From Tubulanus polymorphus (taxonomy: Eukaryota; Animalia; Nemertea): DNA of 64,000 bases. The notes beneath the pieces were generated by a model. That model made no database searches and was not told the DNA's origin. It was given only the letters and a program-made list of their open reading frames with translations. Made by a program: the position numbers and the translations under genes. This document shows positions 52,046 through 64,000 of the stretch, one piece after another (positions within the stretch are counted from its first letter, which is position 1; every line of letters begins with the position of its first letter). The DNA is taken from positions 8,484,030 to 8,548,029 of the forward strand of contig NC_134036.1 of NCBI RefSeq assembly GCF_964204645.1, read 5' to 3'.

Positions 52046-53317
52046 TTTTTTAGCCCACTTGGGACTTTAGTCCCAGCGGGCTATTGCGTTCACTTTTCGT
52101 CCGTCCATCTGTTCGTCTGTCCGTAGACGGAATCCAGTTATTTTGGGAAGTTTTGAAGACGCTTCAAGGTAATGTCTTGATATTTGGTTTATACATGTAT
52201 CTACCCTAGACACATCTTCAGCCCAAAAACTGGCCCTATCAGAATCAACATGGCCGACTGGCAGCCATTGTTGTTTGCCAAAATCAGCACTTTTTACACA
52301 TTTTCGAAGTTTACGAGGGAAATTTTGAAGACGCTTTGATCAATTACCTTGATCTTTCGAATATATTTGAATCTACCAAGGGCCCATCAGCATAAGAAAA
52401 ATTGGGTCGATCGGACTCAAGATGGCCGTCCTATGACCTTTTTAGTGCCCAAAAATGTCAACTTTGGCCAGAATTCTAGGTCCTGTAGCTTCCTACTGGT
52501 TTGCCATTTCTCATTGCAATTTGTGATGGGTATTCTTTGTAAAGGGATGTTTTATACCCGAGATAGGTATTTTTGATCCGCCAATTATGACGCAATTGGC
52601 AGCCATCTTGGTGTCATTAGTACTCATTCGTAGGTGGGAAAAAGTTTTTCGACATTATATTGGTACCTAAGCATATTTTGTTACAACAATGAATTAGAAA
52701 GTTTTAGAGTATAATGTGTTCTATGATTGGGGTGAGTTTCAAGTTCATTGTTTTTTGTATATGGCCACCAGGGGGCGTTGAATAATACAATATCTTAGTA
52801 TTTCTATATTATATTTGTACCAATACATATTTTGTTACCGCAATCAATTGCAAAGTTGTAGCTCATGACATCATCTATGATTGTGGTGAGTTTTAAGGAA
52901 ATTAGTAATTCTACATAGTCACCAGGGGGCGTTGAATAGTAGAATAACCTGGTATTTCCTTATTATATTGGTACCTAGGCATATTTTGTTACCATGATCA
53001 ATTGCGAAGTTGTAGTTCATGACATGTTCTATGAATATGGTGAGTTACAAGGTTATTGGGTTTTGAATATGGTCACCAGGGGGCGTTGAATAGTAGATTA
53101 ACTTAGTATTTCCATATTAAATTAGTAACGTGGCATTTTTTGTTATCACAATCAATTACAAAATCGTAGCTGCTGACATGTTTTATGATTGTATTGGGTT
53201 TCAAGGTCATTGGTTTTTGTATATGGTCACCAGAGGGCGTTGAATATTGAAATTGTTAGATTGTTGAGCATTTGAAACCACTTCCCAAGTGGGCATGGTG
53301 TCCCTGGACCCCTAGTT
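52046..53317 (+). mobile_element. Non-autonomous Helentron-type element, longer copy with an internal 154-bp tandem array
   Basis: Same termini as 36251-36809; cacca(g)ggggcgttgaata-type motif at 52761, 52915, 53069 and 53223. A 3'-end fragment is also at ~26693-26747. Confidence 0.85.
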
Positions 53318-53927
53318 TCGATCACAATAAAAACTTCTTGGGTACTGCCACAGAGACCGTCTGCAGGCTGCTCGGATCCAAATGGGGGCATGCTCATCGA
53401 TTGCGTCCCCTAACCCCTAGTTGATATTTGATTGCATTGTAAAGATTTTGTAATACGACTAAATAGAGTAGATGTGTTAAACTTAAAAATCGTCTTTTAT
53501 ACATGAGTATCACATTTGTAATTACATTTATATTCGATTTCATTTGGACAGAATCAACAAGATGAATGGACCCTTCGATATCAAGTTTCTCACATAACCT
53601 ATGTGCGATTCATACAATCAAATAACAGGCAAGTTGTAATAGCCCCCAACAAATTACCGGTACCTGAATTATGGCACTGAAGGAACTTGGGGATTTGCTC
53701 AGTATTCCATTTCGTTCAGTAATCCATTTGGGCTCTCTTCCAATCACAATATATGTATTGATTTCAGCATTTCTAATATTTTCTTTTCCAGAAAGACTGA
53801 TGTAGACTAAACTATAATTTAATTGTTAAATTCACCAAAGCAAGTGAAGTTTCCTCAACAGCTCTACTCCGATCTCAATGAATGAAAAATGTAAATGAAT
53901 TGGTTTCTTGTACTATAATAAATTCTT

Positions 53928-56900
53928 TTATTCTTTCAATTCAATTGGTTGATGTTTTTCTACAATACTTTGTATCTTTTTATCATACGAGATCACCATA
54001 TCCATAACGGATGTCAGGTTTTCAATCGGCTCCCATGTGTTGTGTTTTGAAGAGAAGTCCAACCACTTAATTTTGTAATATTGTTGACCTCCTTTCGATT
54101 GATGACCAACAATTTTTTCCACCAAGAATATGTCTGGAATTAAAGATTGATATCAAATATACTACCACAGGCTACATATTACAATTGAAATTTTGCGCTT
54201 TAAGATGCTGTTTCTGCATAAATACATACCATCATTTGGTTTCTTTCTGGATTTATTTGCTAAAATGAAAAAAAATCAATCATTTTTTTTTTAAACGAAA
54301 CTACAGTGAACACCTCCCTTAGTGAACTCCTCTATTTAGTGAACGCCTCCCTTAGAGAACACTTTTACCCGGGAACCAAATTTTCCCTACTCATTTTCAA
54401 TTAAACAGAACCACCATTTAGTGAACTTTACCAAATGAGTATTTATAGTGAACAGTGGTCCCATCCCAAAATAACCTTGTCCTCACTAGCGTGTTGTACC
54501 CAGGTTTCAACGTACCTGGGTTCAATGAAAACCCGCGTTCACGGTGAGTAGCGTCTACACTTAACACAGTTTCGGTAGAACAACATCTTTAGTGCAAGTT
54601 CAAGGTCAATTGTGGCGCCTGAACTCTGCATTGAACGCGGGTTCACTGTCTAGACTAGCAAAAAATGCAGAGTTTTACGTGACAGGGGGTTTCAATGTGG
54701 AGTGTTCTTCTTCAAGAAGGGTTTCTAAAACCTGGGTTTTGCGGAAAAATATGTGCTACCTCCAATTAGTGAACACCTCTCTATAGTGAACAATTTCTTA
54801 GGAAGCGAAGTGTTCACTAGAGAGGTTATGCTGTATTCGATTGGTATTAACTGAATTGAAGGCTGCATACCTGATTTCTCCTTTTTCTTTGTGACAACTT
54901 CGGTTTTTCTTTTTGTCATAGGTTCTGTTGAAAAAAAGAAAGGATAATTCAGCCTAGCTATTCAATAATATCTCATTTTATTTATTTTCTAAATATAAAG
55001 AACAATACGTACCTCTGATGATCTCTGCACTATCTGAATCTACAATGAGAAACAAGATAATTTACCCCAATATTACCATAGCTTGTAAGTTTATAAGACA
55101 AAAAGACTTAGTTGTACCTTCAGTGGCTTCTGGAAACAGAAGTTCTTCAGTTGGTGACGCTGCTTCTCCGTGGCTCATAGTATCAACTAATAAGAAATAA
55201 TTCTAATATTATCCATCAGTTTCATTTCCATTTCATTTCCATTAAAACATATCAATTGATTTTGAAATAACAGACCAATGCATTACTTGGAAAAAAGCAT
55301 ATTGTATTTGTGATATAAGGAAAAAAGAATTGATACCATGTTTCTTATTTCTGAGCTTAAAAATTGACGCAGGTGGCCATGTATCTACTCTGTATATTTA
55401 CTTTTTTTGAAACCATGATCAAGCTAACAATAACAGACCTGGCAGTTACAGAAATAAACTGATTAGAAAATGTATTGCCGAGGACAAACAAGGTATCAAT
55501 TTTTTACCTTATAAAACACAATAATGCTGATCTGGCTGCTTTGAAATATTTCTTTAAACGTGCATACCCTACCATTATTTATTTTCCTTTTCTTGATGCC
55601 AGTTTTGATTACTGAAAGAGAACAATTTTTTAATTGATTTTGTGCAATTATATTTTCATCAAAGACTGCATAGCTTAGTGTTAAAAACGTACCTGATTTC
55701 CCTGTTTTCTTTGTGAGGACTTCGGCTTTTCTTTTTGCCATATTAGGTTCTGTTGAAAAAAAGAAAGAATAATTCAGCCTAGCGATACAACAATATCTTT
55801 TTTGCTTAAACGTAAGAATAACATAAGAATACGTACCTCTGATGATCTCTGTAGCATCTGAATCTACAATGAGAAACAAGATAATTTACCCCAATATTAC
55901 CATAGCTTGTAAGTTTATAAGACAAAAAGACTTAGTTGTACCTTCAGTGGCTTCTGGAAACTGAAGTTCTTCAGTTGGTGACGCTGCTTCTTCGTGGCTC
56001 ATAGTATCAACTAATAAGAAATAATTCTAATGTTATCCTTCCATATTCCATTAAGACATATACCAGTACGAGTACATTGTATTTCAATTCATTAAGCCCA
56101 CACAAAGAAATACCCTAGTTCTTCAAGGTCAAATGCCACCCGCATCATAAAAAAAGTAAAAATCGAAATTAATTAAATTAAAATCGAAAATTCAAATGCG
56201 CTAACCCGCATTGGCAAACCATCAATCTGAATCGTCTTTTTTATCATAAAAATTAAATCCTGCTCGCCCGCACCGCTGTATTTGTTATTTACTTACTTAC
56301 CGCATCTCTTATATAAGTCTTTGGTTTCGAGCTTTTTATTTCAACTCTTTTTCAAAGGAGCTATGAAAATATAATTTGCTCACCAGCGTCACTTTCCAGA
56401 AAAAACCTGAGAAACTACGGTATTTCTTTGTGTGGCCTAATAATGACATTCAATATATCAACATCAAGATAAATGTTGATATATTATGTAATAGTGTGTC
56501 TAACTTAGTGTGTTAAATATCTATTACCGGTAAGTTGAAACAGTGTACCTTCGAAGTATATTTTATCTTCCTTTTTCAAAAGTGCTTTCAGCGAGTTTTT
56601 TGCATAAGATGATGGTCTTTTCAAAATTATTCCAGTTGGCAAATTAAATGCCCTGACTTGACCAGCATCAACCGCTTTGTAGCTGCATCTCGTCCCGGAG
56701 ATACCCTTTATTGCTGAAGCTATATAATGGCGCATATGAAATGATTACGATTGTCAAATGCTGAATTTTTCGACTATTTGAATGTATAATCAAATCAAGT
56801 AGCTAAAATATATGCTTACTGTATTTACGATTGAACATATCTGTGACTTTCGATCGCAGTACGTTGACATCTTCTAATTGATTGTCATCATCTGAATGTA

Positions 56901-58110
56901 GCAACAAACGTATAGAAACTGAGACTGCCTGAATTATCTTAGTTAATGATAGTGAAAGTGTGTATGTTTGAATTATCTTTACCTGGCTGATAAAGTGACT
57001 TCAGACTTTGCTGAACCTCTCTCTGTTTTTCAAACCACTTTGTTGGAATTGGTGATCCACATATAAACATTCTATTCCCATCCTTAGTAATAGCAATAGC
57101 AACAACATCCAACTTTTCTGTTGTCGAAGTAAATTTATTTACCTGAAGTATAATTATGTTATTTAGATGACTGCAAATAACATAAACGTTAATGGTTAAA
57201 TGAAACGGCCTACCTTTTTTTCTAGTTCATGCACCAGAAATTCAATGTTATTTTCTTTATTTTCTGGGCCGATAGGCTGGCTGTGGCTTGCAGCCCTCTG
57301 TGCGTATGAAGCCATTGCTTCCTCTGTTTGGTCATTCCAATTTCCCTGGCCTAAAATGATATACAAATTACACACACCTCACTTTAAACAGGCTCAGCAA
57401 CTACATAGAGGTTGACTAAAATCAACATGTATCTAGCTTACATTTTCCTTTTTTTTATCAGAGAGATAAACATCGTACGGTCTGCATGATCGAATGCGCT
57501 GCTTCTTACTCAGATTTTCATAGTTGTAAATCCCAGCTTTCTTTCGACATTGTACCTTGTGGTTCTCTATCCATTTCTTAAACAGAATAAACTAAAACTT
57601 TTAAAATACAGTTTATCAATTTATTATTTTAGTAAAAGTGCTTCATCACAAAGTCTGGAGAAAACACCGTAGGCCCTAGATCATAAGAAAAAGTTATATA
57701 GGCCTACCTTAACTGATTTCTCTGGCATGCCTGTAGCAACACTGGCTTCTCGAACCATTCCTTTGGTAAATTCATTTCCACAATGAGTCATCCCTTTCTC
57801 ATAATAGGACACCAAAGTAGACTGTCTGAATTCAAATTGAAACTAAAGCAGTTAACGACTGTTAAATGTAAGTAGCTTAAAAGATCTTTCATAGTCAAAC
57901 TCGCCAAAGTTCATCAGAGAGGTTGTCATAAGTTATCTCTGATCTTGGAACGACATTAGGCTAAGTCAACAACGTAATGATAGTGCATGTATCAGTTAAT
58001 TATAAGAACTAGGTCTGAATGGTTTGATAGTAGAGACCTGCCCAAGTGCATGCTTACCTTTCCTTGGTGTTTAATAATGGCCCATGGGTATTTTCAAATT
58101 CTTTGTCCAT
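53928..58110 (-). CDS. Gene C: 472-aa protein with homeodomain-like, HMG-box-like, GTF2I (TFII-I) repeat, microexon linker and C-terminal chromodomain
   Basis: 16 coding exons, all GT-AG and phase-consistent: 58110-58058, 57825-57708, 57576-57442, 57345-57214, 57142-56983, 56891-56820, 56719-56549, 56010-55942, 55863-55837, 55749-55693, 55611-55573, 55186-55118, 55039-55013, 54924-54871, 54259-54230, 54133-53928 (1419 nt). Probable UTR exon ends at 58796. Confidence 0.8.
54304..54833. mobile_element. Tc1/mariner-pogo-like MITE in a gene C intron
   Basis: TA|cagtgaacacctcccttagtgaac ... gttcactagagaggttatgctg|TA; repeated tagtgaac subterminal motifs. Confidence 0.7.
56096..56437. mobile_element. 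Harbinger-like MITE in a gene C intron
   Basis: TAA|gcccacacaaagaaatacc ... ggtatttctttgtgtggcc|TAA. Confidence 0.75.
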
Positions 58111-59649
58111 CTAAAAATAAAAAAGAATAATTGTTGACATCTTTTCATTCACTCAATGAAAAATGATGTGGCTGCTAGGCCTATAGTCTAGTCCTACTTC
58201 AAAATGGCCAATTGGTAGATCAAAAATGGTAGTGGATATTTGATCATTTCACCCTTTCGAAGCTAAACCCTAAACAAAGTGATGCATAATAAAGGTAGAT
58301 AAATTGATTACAGTGGCGTTGGAAGTGCAGCGACTGCAGCGACAATAATTTATTGATGACGTTTTTTTTTAATACCAAGTTTTTGAAGAAATTAAGTAAA
58401 TTCGCTGTGGCAATATTTAGAATCTGTCCAAAATCGGCATTTGGCTGCAGCAATAAAAAATTGCTTCCACCGCCCCTGGATTAGTTTGCTTTTTAGTAGG
58501 CCTACTGACTTAATAATTCAATACTCATTCCTCACTGAGTCTGAGCCTGAGGTACTAACAATGCGTCTATTCATCATTGTAGGAGTTAACAGACAATACA
58601 CAATGCCATACACCAAGCCCGCCACACTTATGGCAACAAGCCTTTTCAGTGAGAGTCAATGAGCAGATGAATAGGACCTGTTCTCTCTCGCTCCTCCAGA
58701 CCTAGGCTCTCGAATCCCCTATTTTTGCCCAGTAGTTACGAAATGAGTCGTTTAGGCTAGCTGTTTAAAGGCAACGTGACCAACTTAATTCTTACCTTTA
58801 AGATTTTTTTTTTGAACTGGAAGAAATAGGATCTGAGAGATCTTATGTCGTGAGTTGAACTCTTATCAGTCGCACGGCTGCTGCGGTGGGCAATGCCGGG
58901 TGGTACTGGTACCGGTAGTTTGGATGATGGATGAATCGCAATGTTGCACGCATTAAATGCATGATGGATCGAAACATTTTCACGAGTCAACTTCTGATTT
59001 GAAACTCGCTCTACCGGTACTTGAGTTATATTTCTTTTTACGATAATGTAAACCAAAATGATCCCGAGAAAAAAATTCAACCCAGTCAACAACCAACATT
59101 TAACAGTACACGAAGTTTGGCTGATAAGGATATTTCACTAGATTTCATCTACCTGCCACATTCCAAAACTAAAAAAATAAAATTCAGTTTCGTGTACATT
59201 TAAAAACAGTTTTTATTGAAATAACCTTTTGCAGAGAAAAATTATAATGAAATGCTGTGCAACTTAGATCATAATAATACAATTGCAATTAATCCTCGCA
59301 AAGTTTTTACAGGCCTAATTAATTCTATTATTTAAGATTTATGGATCATAAGTCTGTACGTAGTTATTACAGTCAATAGTACATATAATAAAAAACAACT
59401 TTTAAACAGCATCACCCTTCTAAAAATCATCATTAAGTTATTATAACAAATAAATTCTATCATTTGATATCTATATGGATAATAATCCTGTAGTTATTAC
59501 AGTTGATATGATAGTACACAGACACAATATAATAAAATACAACTTTTAAAAAGCATCAAACTTCAAAAAAGAAAACTAACTTTGAAAGTAACTACAGGCC
59601 ATGAGTATAACCGATTGACCCTGCTACTTATGATTAAAAGCCAAGATTT

Positions 59650-61343
59650 TCAAAACAAATGAGAAGAATAGCGACAAGTACGTGTCCAAATATGTGCTTT
59701 CTTCTCCTCGTGGAATATGCGAGTAAATTTCATAGGACACTCACATAGATAACAATTATGATTGCTGCCAACCCAACGGTATATCCAGATATCATGGTTC
59801 GGACAATGGCAATTTGTGGTGGTACTCGAACTACCTAATTTTTTGTCAATACTTTTTTTAACCGCTTCGTTATAGGCACATATCGTATCTAGTTTATGCA
59901 TTTGTCGAGCATGCTGAAGGAGATCTTTAAATTTTTCACCATACTTTTTGCAGTAAGGCAAAATACATCGATCAGCAATAACAACTTTTTCAGAAGTGTG
60001 ACGCTTTTTATGGTCAGTCAGGTTGCCTCTAGACATAAATCTTAATCCACAAATATTGCAAGCATATTGTCCTTTTGGCACATGTCTTTTAACATGAACG
60101 TTCAAATTGCTCTTATCGGTAAAGCTTTTACCGCATATCTCGCATGAAAATTTCAGTTCTTTGCAATGTATTCTTGAATGACGATTAAAATTTGATTTAT
60201 TGCCAAAAATTCTGCCGCACACCGAACATTCATATCCACTGTCTACTTTTTTACATAATACTGTAGCTGTATCGGGCGCAATAACTGATGACGAGTCCTG
60301 GTTCTTTTCGCTAACGTCACTTTTTAGAACGGAAACAACACGACGTCTATTACTTTTACGCCTGGACAAAGTTGTCGTAACATCAACACGTTTTACAGAT
60401 ACATTTTCTTCGATGTCCTGTTGCTGCTTGAGCTTTTTTAATTGGTCGACATGAATATTCCACTGTTCTTCGAAACTAATCGAATCATACTTCCATGCGA
60501 GGAAATGAAGTCCAATATTTAGGGAGGGCTTAAGTCCAATTGCTTTTTTTTCCATAAACAATGGTATAATCGATTTTGCATGTTCTTTAACTTCCTCCAT
60601 TGGCCATGGCCCAATTGGCAATGCTCCACCATACTTTAACCGCAGAGCTTCCACGCGTCTAATCGTATCAATTTCGCCAATAATTGGGCAGGAGGGAAGA
60701 AATTCTTGAAATTCATGAGTATAAAAGCTGAAAAGAAAGATATTCAATTAGAAGATAGTTTAGTACAGGTAAGATAAGAATTTTGGTTGATAAGAGGATT
60801 TATTGTCCATACTTACAAATAACCATAGCCATTTCCGTGTATTTCAACGACCAGGTCCCCACTTCCATAGGGGCATGTTGGTGGAATATCATGTAGTCCG
60901 CAGATCTGTTTTTGGGCCTGTGTATTTTCCGCTACATTTATCACACCCATACATCTGGGAGGAAACTTACGAACATACGCAAATCCCACTCGTATTCTCT
61001 CTGACTCTGTGCGAAGTAAATAAAGAGGTTTCTTACTTATCATTGACATCAGATCAGCTAATACCAAGTCATACAGCTATGCCTTGACAGTATATAAATT
61101 TAAACAATTACGGTATGTACCTTTTACAGCAGCTCCAGTAAGCTTGTTGGCCGGGTACTGGTTGTTGAGTCGGAGCCCATCTGTTTCAACGGGCGTACCG
61201 AGGATCGGGGTTTCACTGCCGACTTTCTTCTGCCGGCCTTGTTCTTTGTCACTATCGTCTTCGACTTCATCACTTACATTGAATGGTTCTATTCCACTAA
61301 TATCGCTACTTGCATCCAGATCCACGCCTAGACATTCAGCCAT
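59650..61343 (-). CDS. Gene D: 496-aa protein with acidic N-terminus, divergent PWWP-like segment, three canonical plus one atypical C2H2 fingers and a Cys/His-rich tail
   Basis: Exons 61343-61121, 61006-60817 and 60727-59650 are phase-consistent (1491 nt). Fingers: YECSVCGRIF...HSRIH, FSCEICGKSF...HVKRH, YACNICGLRF...HKKRH. The PWWP call is tentative. Confidence 0.82.
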
Positions 61344-61477
61344 CACGATGCAGATGCGTTCAGTTGATATAATTGATATAATTTATAGAAAGAAAAGAAT
61401 TGGATCGTATCGTCGCTTCGAGTATGATAAAAGAGAGCTGATGTTAGATGTTACTCTTGACGCACCCGTGTTGTGCA

Positions 61478-61489
61478 TGCGCATGCGCA
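61478..61489. promoter_or_regulatory. NRF1/EWG-type palindrome TGCGCATGCGCA about 135 bp upstream of the gene D ATG
   Basis: Exact consensus match between the ATG and the tandem array. Confidence 0.5.
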
Positions 61490-61623
61490 TTGCCTGGACC
61501 GTACGATTTTAGATTATAATCAAAATCATTGTATTTCACAAACGTCATCGCTTCAAACACTCGATGAAGTTTAAAACAAAATACGAAGCAAGTACGTCAC
61601 CACGATTATTATAGTAATTATAG

Positions 61624-64000
61624 TGGTCGTTCTTATTTGAACGACGATATCAGAAACGCGCAACTGCTAATATATAACCATATTCGCAATTCACCAGAAA
61701 CATACTGAGACAAGAACGACCAAGCAGGCAGAAAACATTAAACAATCATCAATATCCACATTTTTCGACTATATTTAGCGTGAAATAGAAGTTTCGATCA
61801 ATTTCTCATTGTTGGTCGTTCTTGTTTGAACGACGATATCAGAAACGCGCAACTGCTAATATATAACCACATTCGCAATTCACCAGAAACATACTGAGAC
61901 AAGAACGACCAAGCAGACAGAAAAAATTAAACAATCATCAATATCCACATTTTTCGACTATATTTAGCGTGAAATAGAAGTTTCGATCAATTTCTCATTG
62001 TTGGTCGTTCTTGTTTGAACGACGATATCAGAAACGCGCAACTGCTAATATATAACCATATTCGCAATTCACCAGAAACATACTGAGACAAGAACGACCA
62101 AGCAGGCAGAAAACATTAAACAATCATCAATATCCACATTTTTCGACTATATTTAGCGTGAAATAGAAGTTTCGATCAATTTCTCATTGTTGGTCGTTCT
62201 TGTTTGAACGACGATATCAGAAACGCGCAACTGCTAATATATAACCATATTCGCAATTCACCAGAAACATACTGAGACAAGAACGACCAAGCAGGCAGAA
62301 AACATTAAACAATCATCAATATCCACATTTTTCGACTATATTTAGCGTGAAATAGAAGTTTCGTTCAATTTCTCATTGTTGGTCGTTCTTGTTTGAACGA
62401 CGATATCAGAAACGCGCAACTGCTAATATATAACCATATTCGCAATTCACCAGAAACATACTGAGACAAGAACGACCAAGCAGGCAGAAAACATTAAACA
62501 ATCATCAATATCCACATTTTTCGACTATATTTAGCGTGAAATAGAAGTTTCGATCAATTTCTCATTGTTGGTCGTTCTTGTTTGAACGACGATATCAGAA
62601 ACGCGCAACTGCTAATATATAACCATATTCGCAATTCACCAGAAACATACTGAGACAAGAACGACCAAGCAGGCAGAAAACATTAAACAATCATCAATAT
62701 CCACATTTTTCGACTATATTTAGCGTGAAATAGAAGTTTCGATCAATTTCTCATTGTTGGTCGTTCTTGTTTGAACGACGATATCAGAAACGCGCAACTG
62801 CTAATATATAACCACATTCGCAATTCACCAGAAACATACTGAGACAAGAACGACCAAGCAGGCAGAAAACATTAAACAATCATCAATATCCACATTTTTC
62901 GACTATATTTAGCGTGAAATAGAAGTTTCGATCAATTTCTCATTGTTGGTCGTTCTTGTTTGAACGACGATATCAGAAACGCGCAACTGCTAATATATAA
63001 CCACATTCGCAATTCACCAGAAACATACTGAGACAAGAACGACCAAGCAGACAGAAAACATTAAACAATCATCAATATCCACATTTTTCGACTATATTTA
63101 GCGTGAAATAGAAGTTTCGATCAATTTCTCATTGTTGGTCGTTCTTGTTTGAACGACGATATCAGAAACGCGCAACTGCTAATATATAACCATATTCGCA
63201 ATTCACCAGAAACATACTGAGACAAGAACGACCAAGCAGGCAGAAAACATTAAACAATCATCAATATCCACATTTTTCGACTATATTTAGCGTGAAATAG
63301 AAGTTTCGATCAATTTCTCATTGTTGGTCGTTCTTGTTTGAACGACGATATCAGAAACGCGCAACTGCTAATATATAACCATATTCGCAATTCACCAGAA
63401 ACATACTGAGACAAGAACGACCAAGCAGGCAGAAAACATTAAACAATCATCAATATCCACATTTTTCGACTATATTTAGCGTGAAATAGAAGTTTCGATC
63501 AATTTCTCATTGTTGGTCGTTCTTGTTTGAACGACGATATCAGAAACGCGCAACTGCTAATATATAACCATATTCGCAATTCACCAGAAACATACTGAGA
63601 CAAGAACGACCAAGCAGGCAGAAAACATTAAACAATCATCAATATCCACATTTTTCGACTATATTTAGCGTGAAATAGAAGTTTCGATCAATTTCTCATT
63701 GTTGGTCGTTCTTGTTTGAACGACGATATCAGAAACGCGCAACTGCTAATATATAACCATATTCGCAATTCACCAGAAACATACTGAGACAAGAACGACC
63801 AAGCAGGCAGAAAACATTAAACAATCATCAATATCCACATTTTTCGACTATATTTAGCGTGAAATAGAAGTTTCGATCAATTTCTCATTGCTGGTCGTTC
63901 TTATTTGAACGACGATATCAGAAACGCGCAACTGCTAATATATAACCATATTCGCAATTCACCAGAAACATACTGAGACAAGAACGACCAAGCAGGCAGA
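61624..64000. repeat. Highly homogeneous 189-bp tandem array, at least 12.5 copies, running off the window end
   Basis: atttctcatt at 61801, 61990, 62179 and 62368 (period 189); only scattered substitutions. Confidence 0.98.

Noticed and set aside
57345-57352. Apparent frameshift in gene C
   Set aside because: Using the AG 5 nt downstream (ttttaggccag|GGA) keeps the frame.
61624-64000. CRISPR-like array
   Set aside because: Units are near-identical along their whole length, with no unique spacers or cas genes, in a eukaryotic context.

Overview
AT-rich animal genomic DNA with spliced genes and dense repeats; probably a marine invertebrate (inference). It is not prokaryotic and has no rRNA, intact tRNA or CRISPR array. 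(1) 1-20 kb: the 5' end of a minus-strand gene for a secreted protein, with two probable non-coding exons and a signal-peptide exon. Its long introns hold MITEs, minisatellites, LINE fragments and a Penelope-type hammerhead hairpin. (2) 24-50 kb: a plus-strand gene for a secreted protein (signal peptide, 2 kringles, GON domain, partial second GON, Ca-binding EGF, half-EGF microexon). It has a TGG>TAG change in kringle 2, an apparent internal deletion, and a near full-length RTE-X-like LINE in an intron whose ORF1 and ORF2 are in frame across a single TAG. (3) 51-64 kb: a compact cassette of two intact minus-strand genes with small introns. One is a 472-aa homeodomain-like + HMG-like + GTF2I (TFII-I) repeat + chromodomain protein; the other is a 496-aa divergent PWWP-like + C2H2 zinc-finger protein. 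On one side lie a paired hairpin and a Helentron-type element with four CTCF-like motifs; on the other is a homogeneous 189-bp palindromic tandem array. This cassette is the best candidate for an undescribed system, possibly the chromatin-targeting module of a large DNA transposon. All exon models were built by hand from GT/AG sites and reading-frame phase; domain calls come from motif recognition, not database searches.
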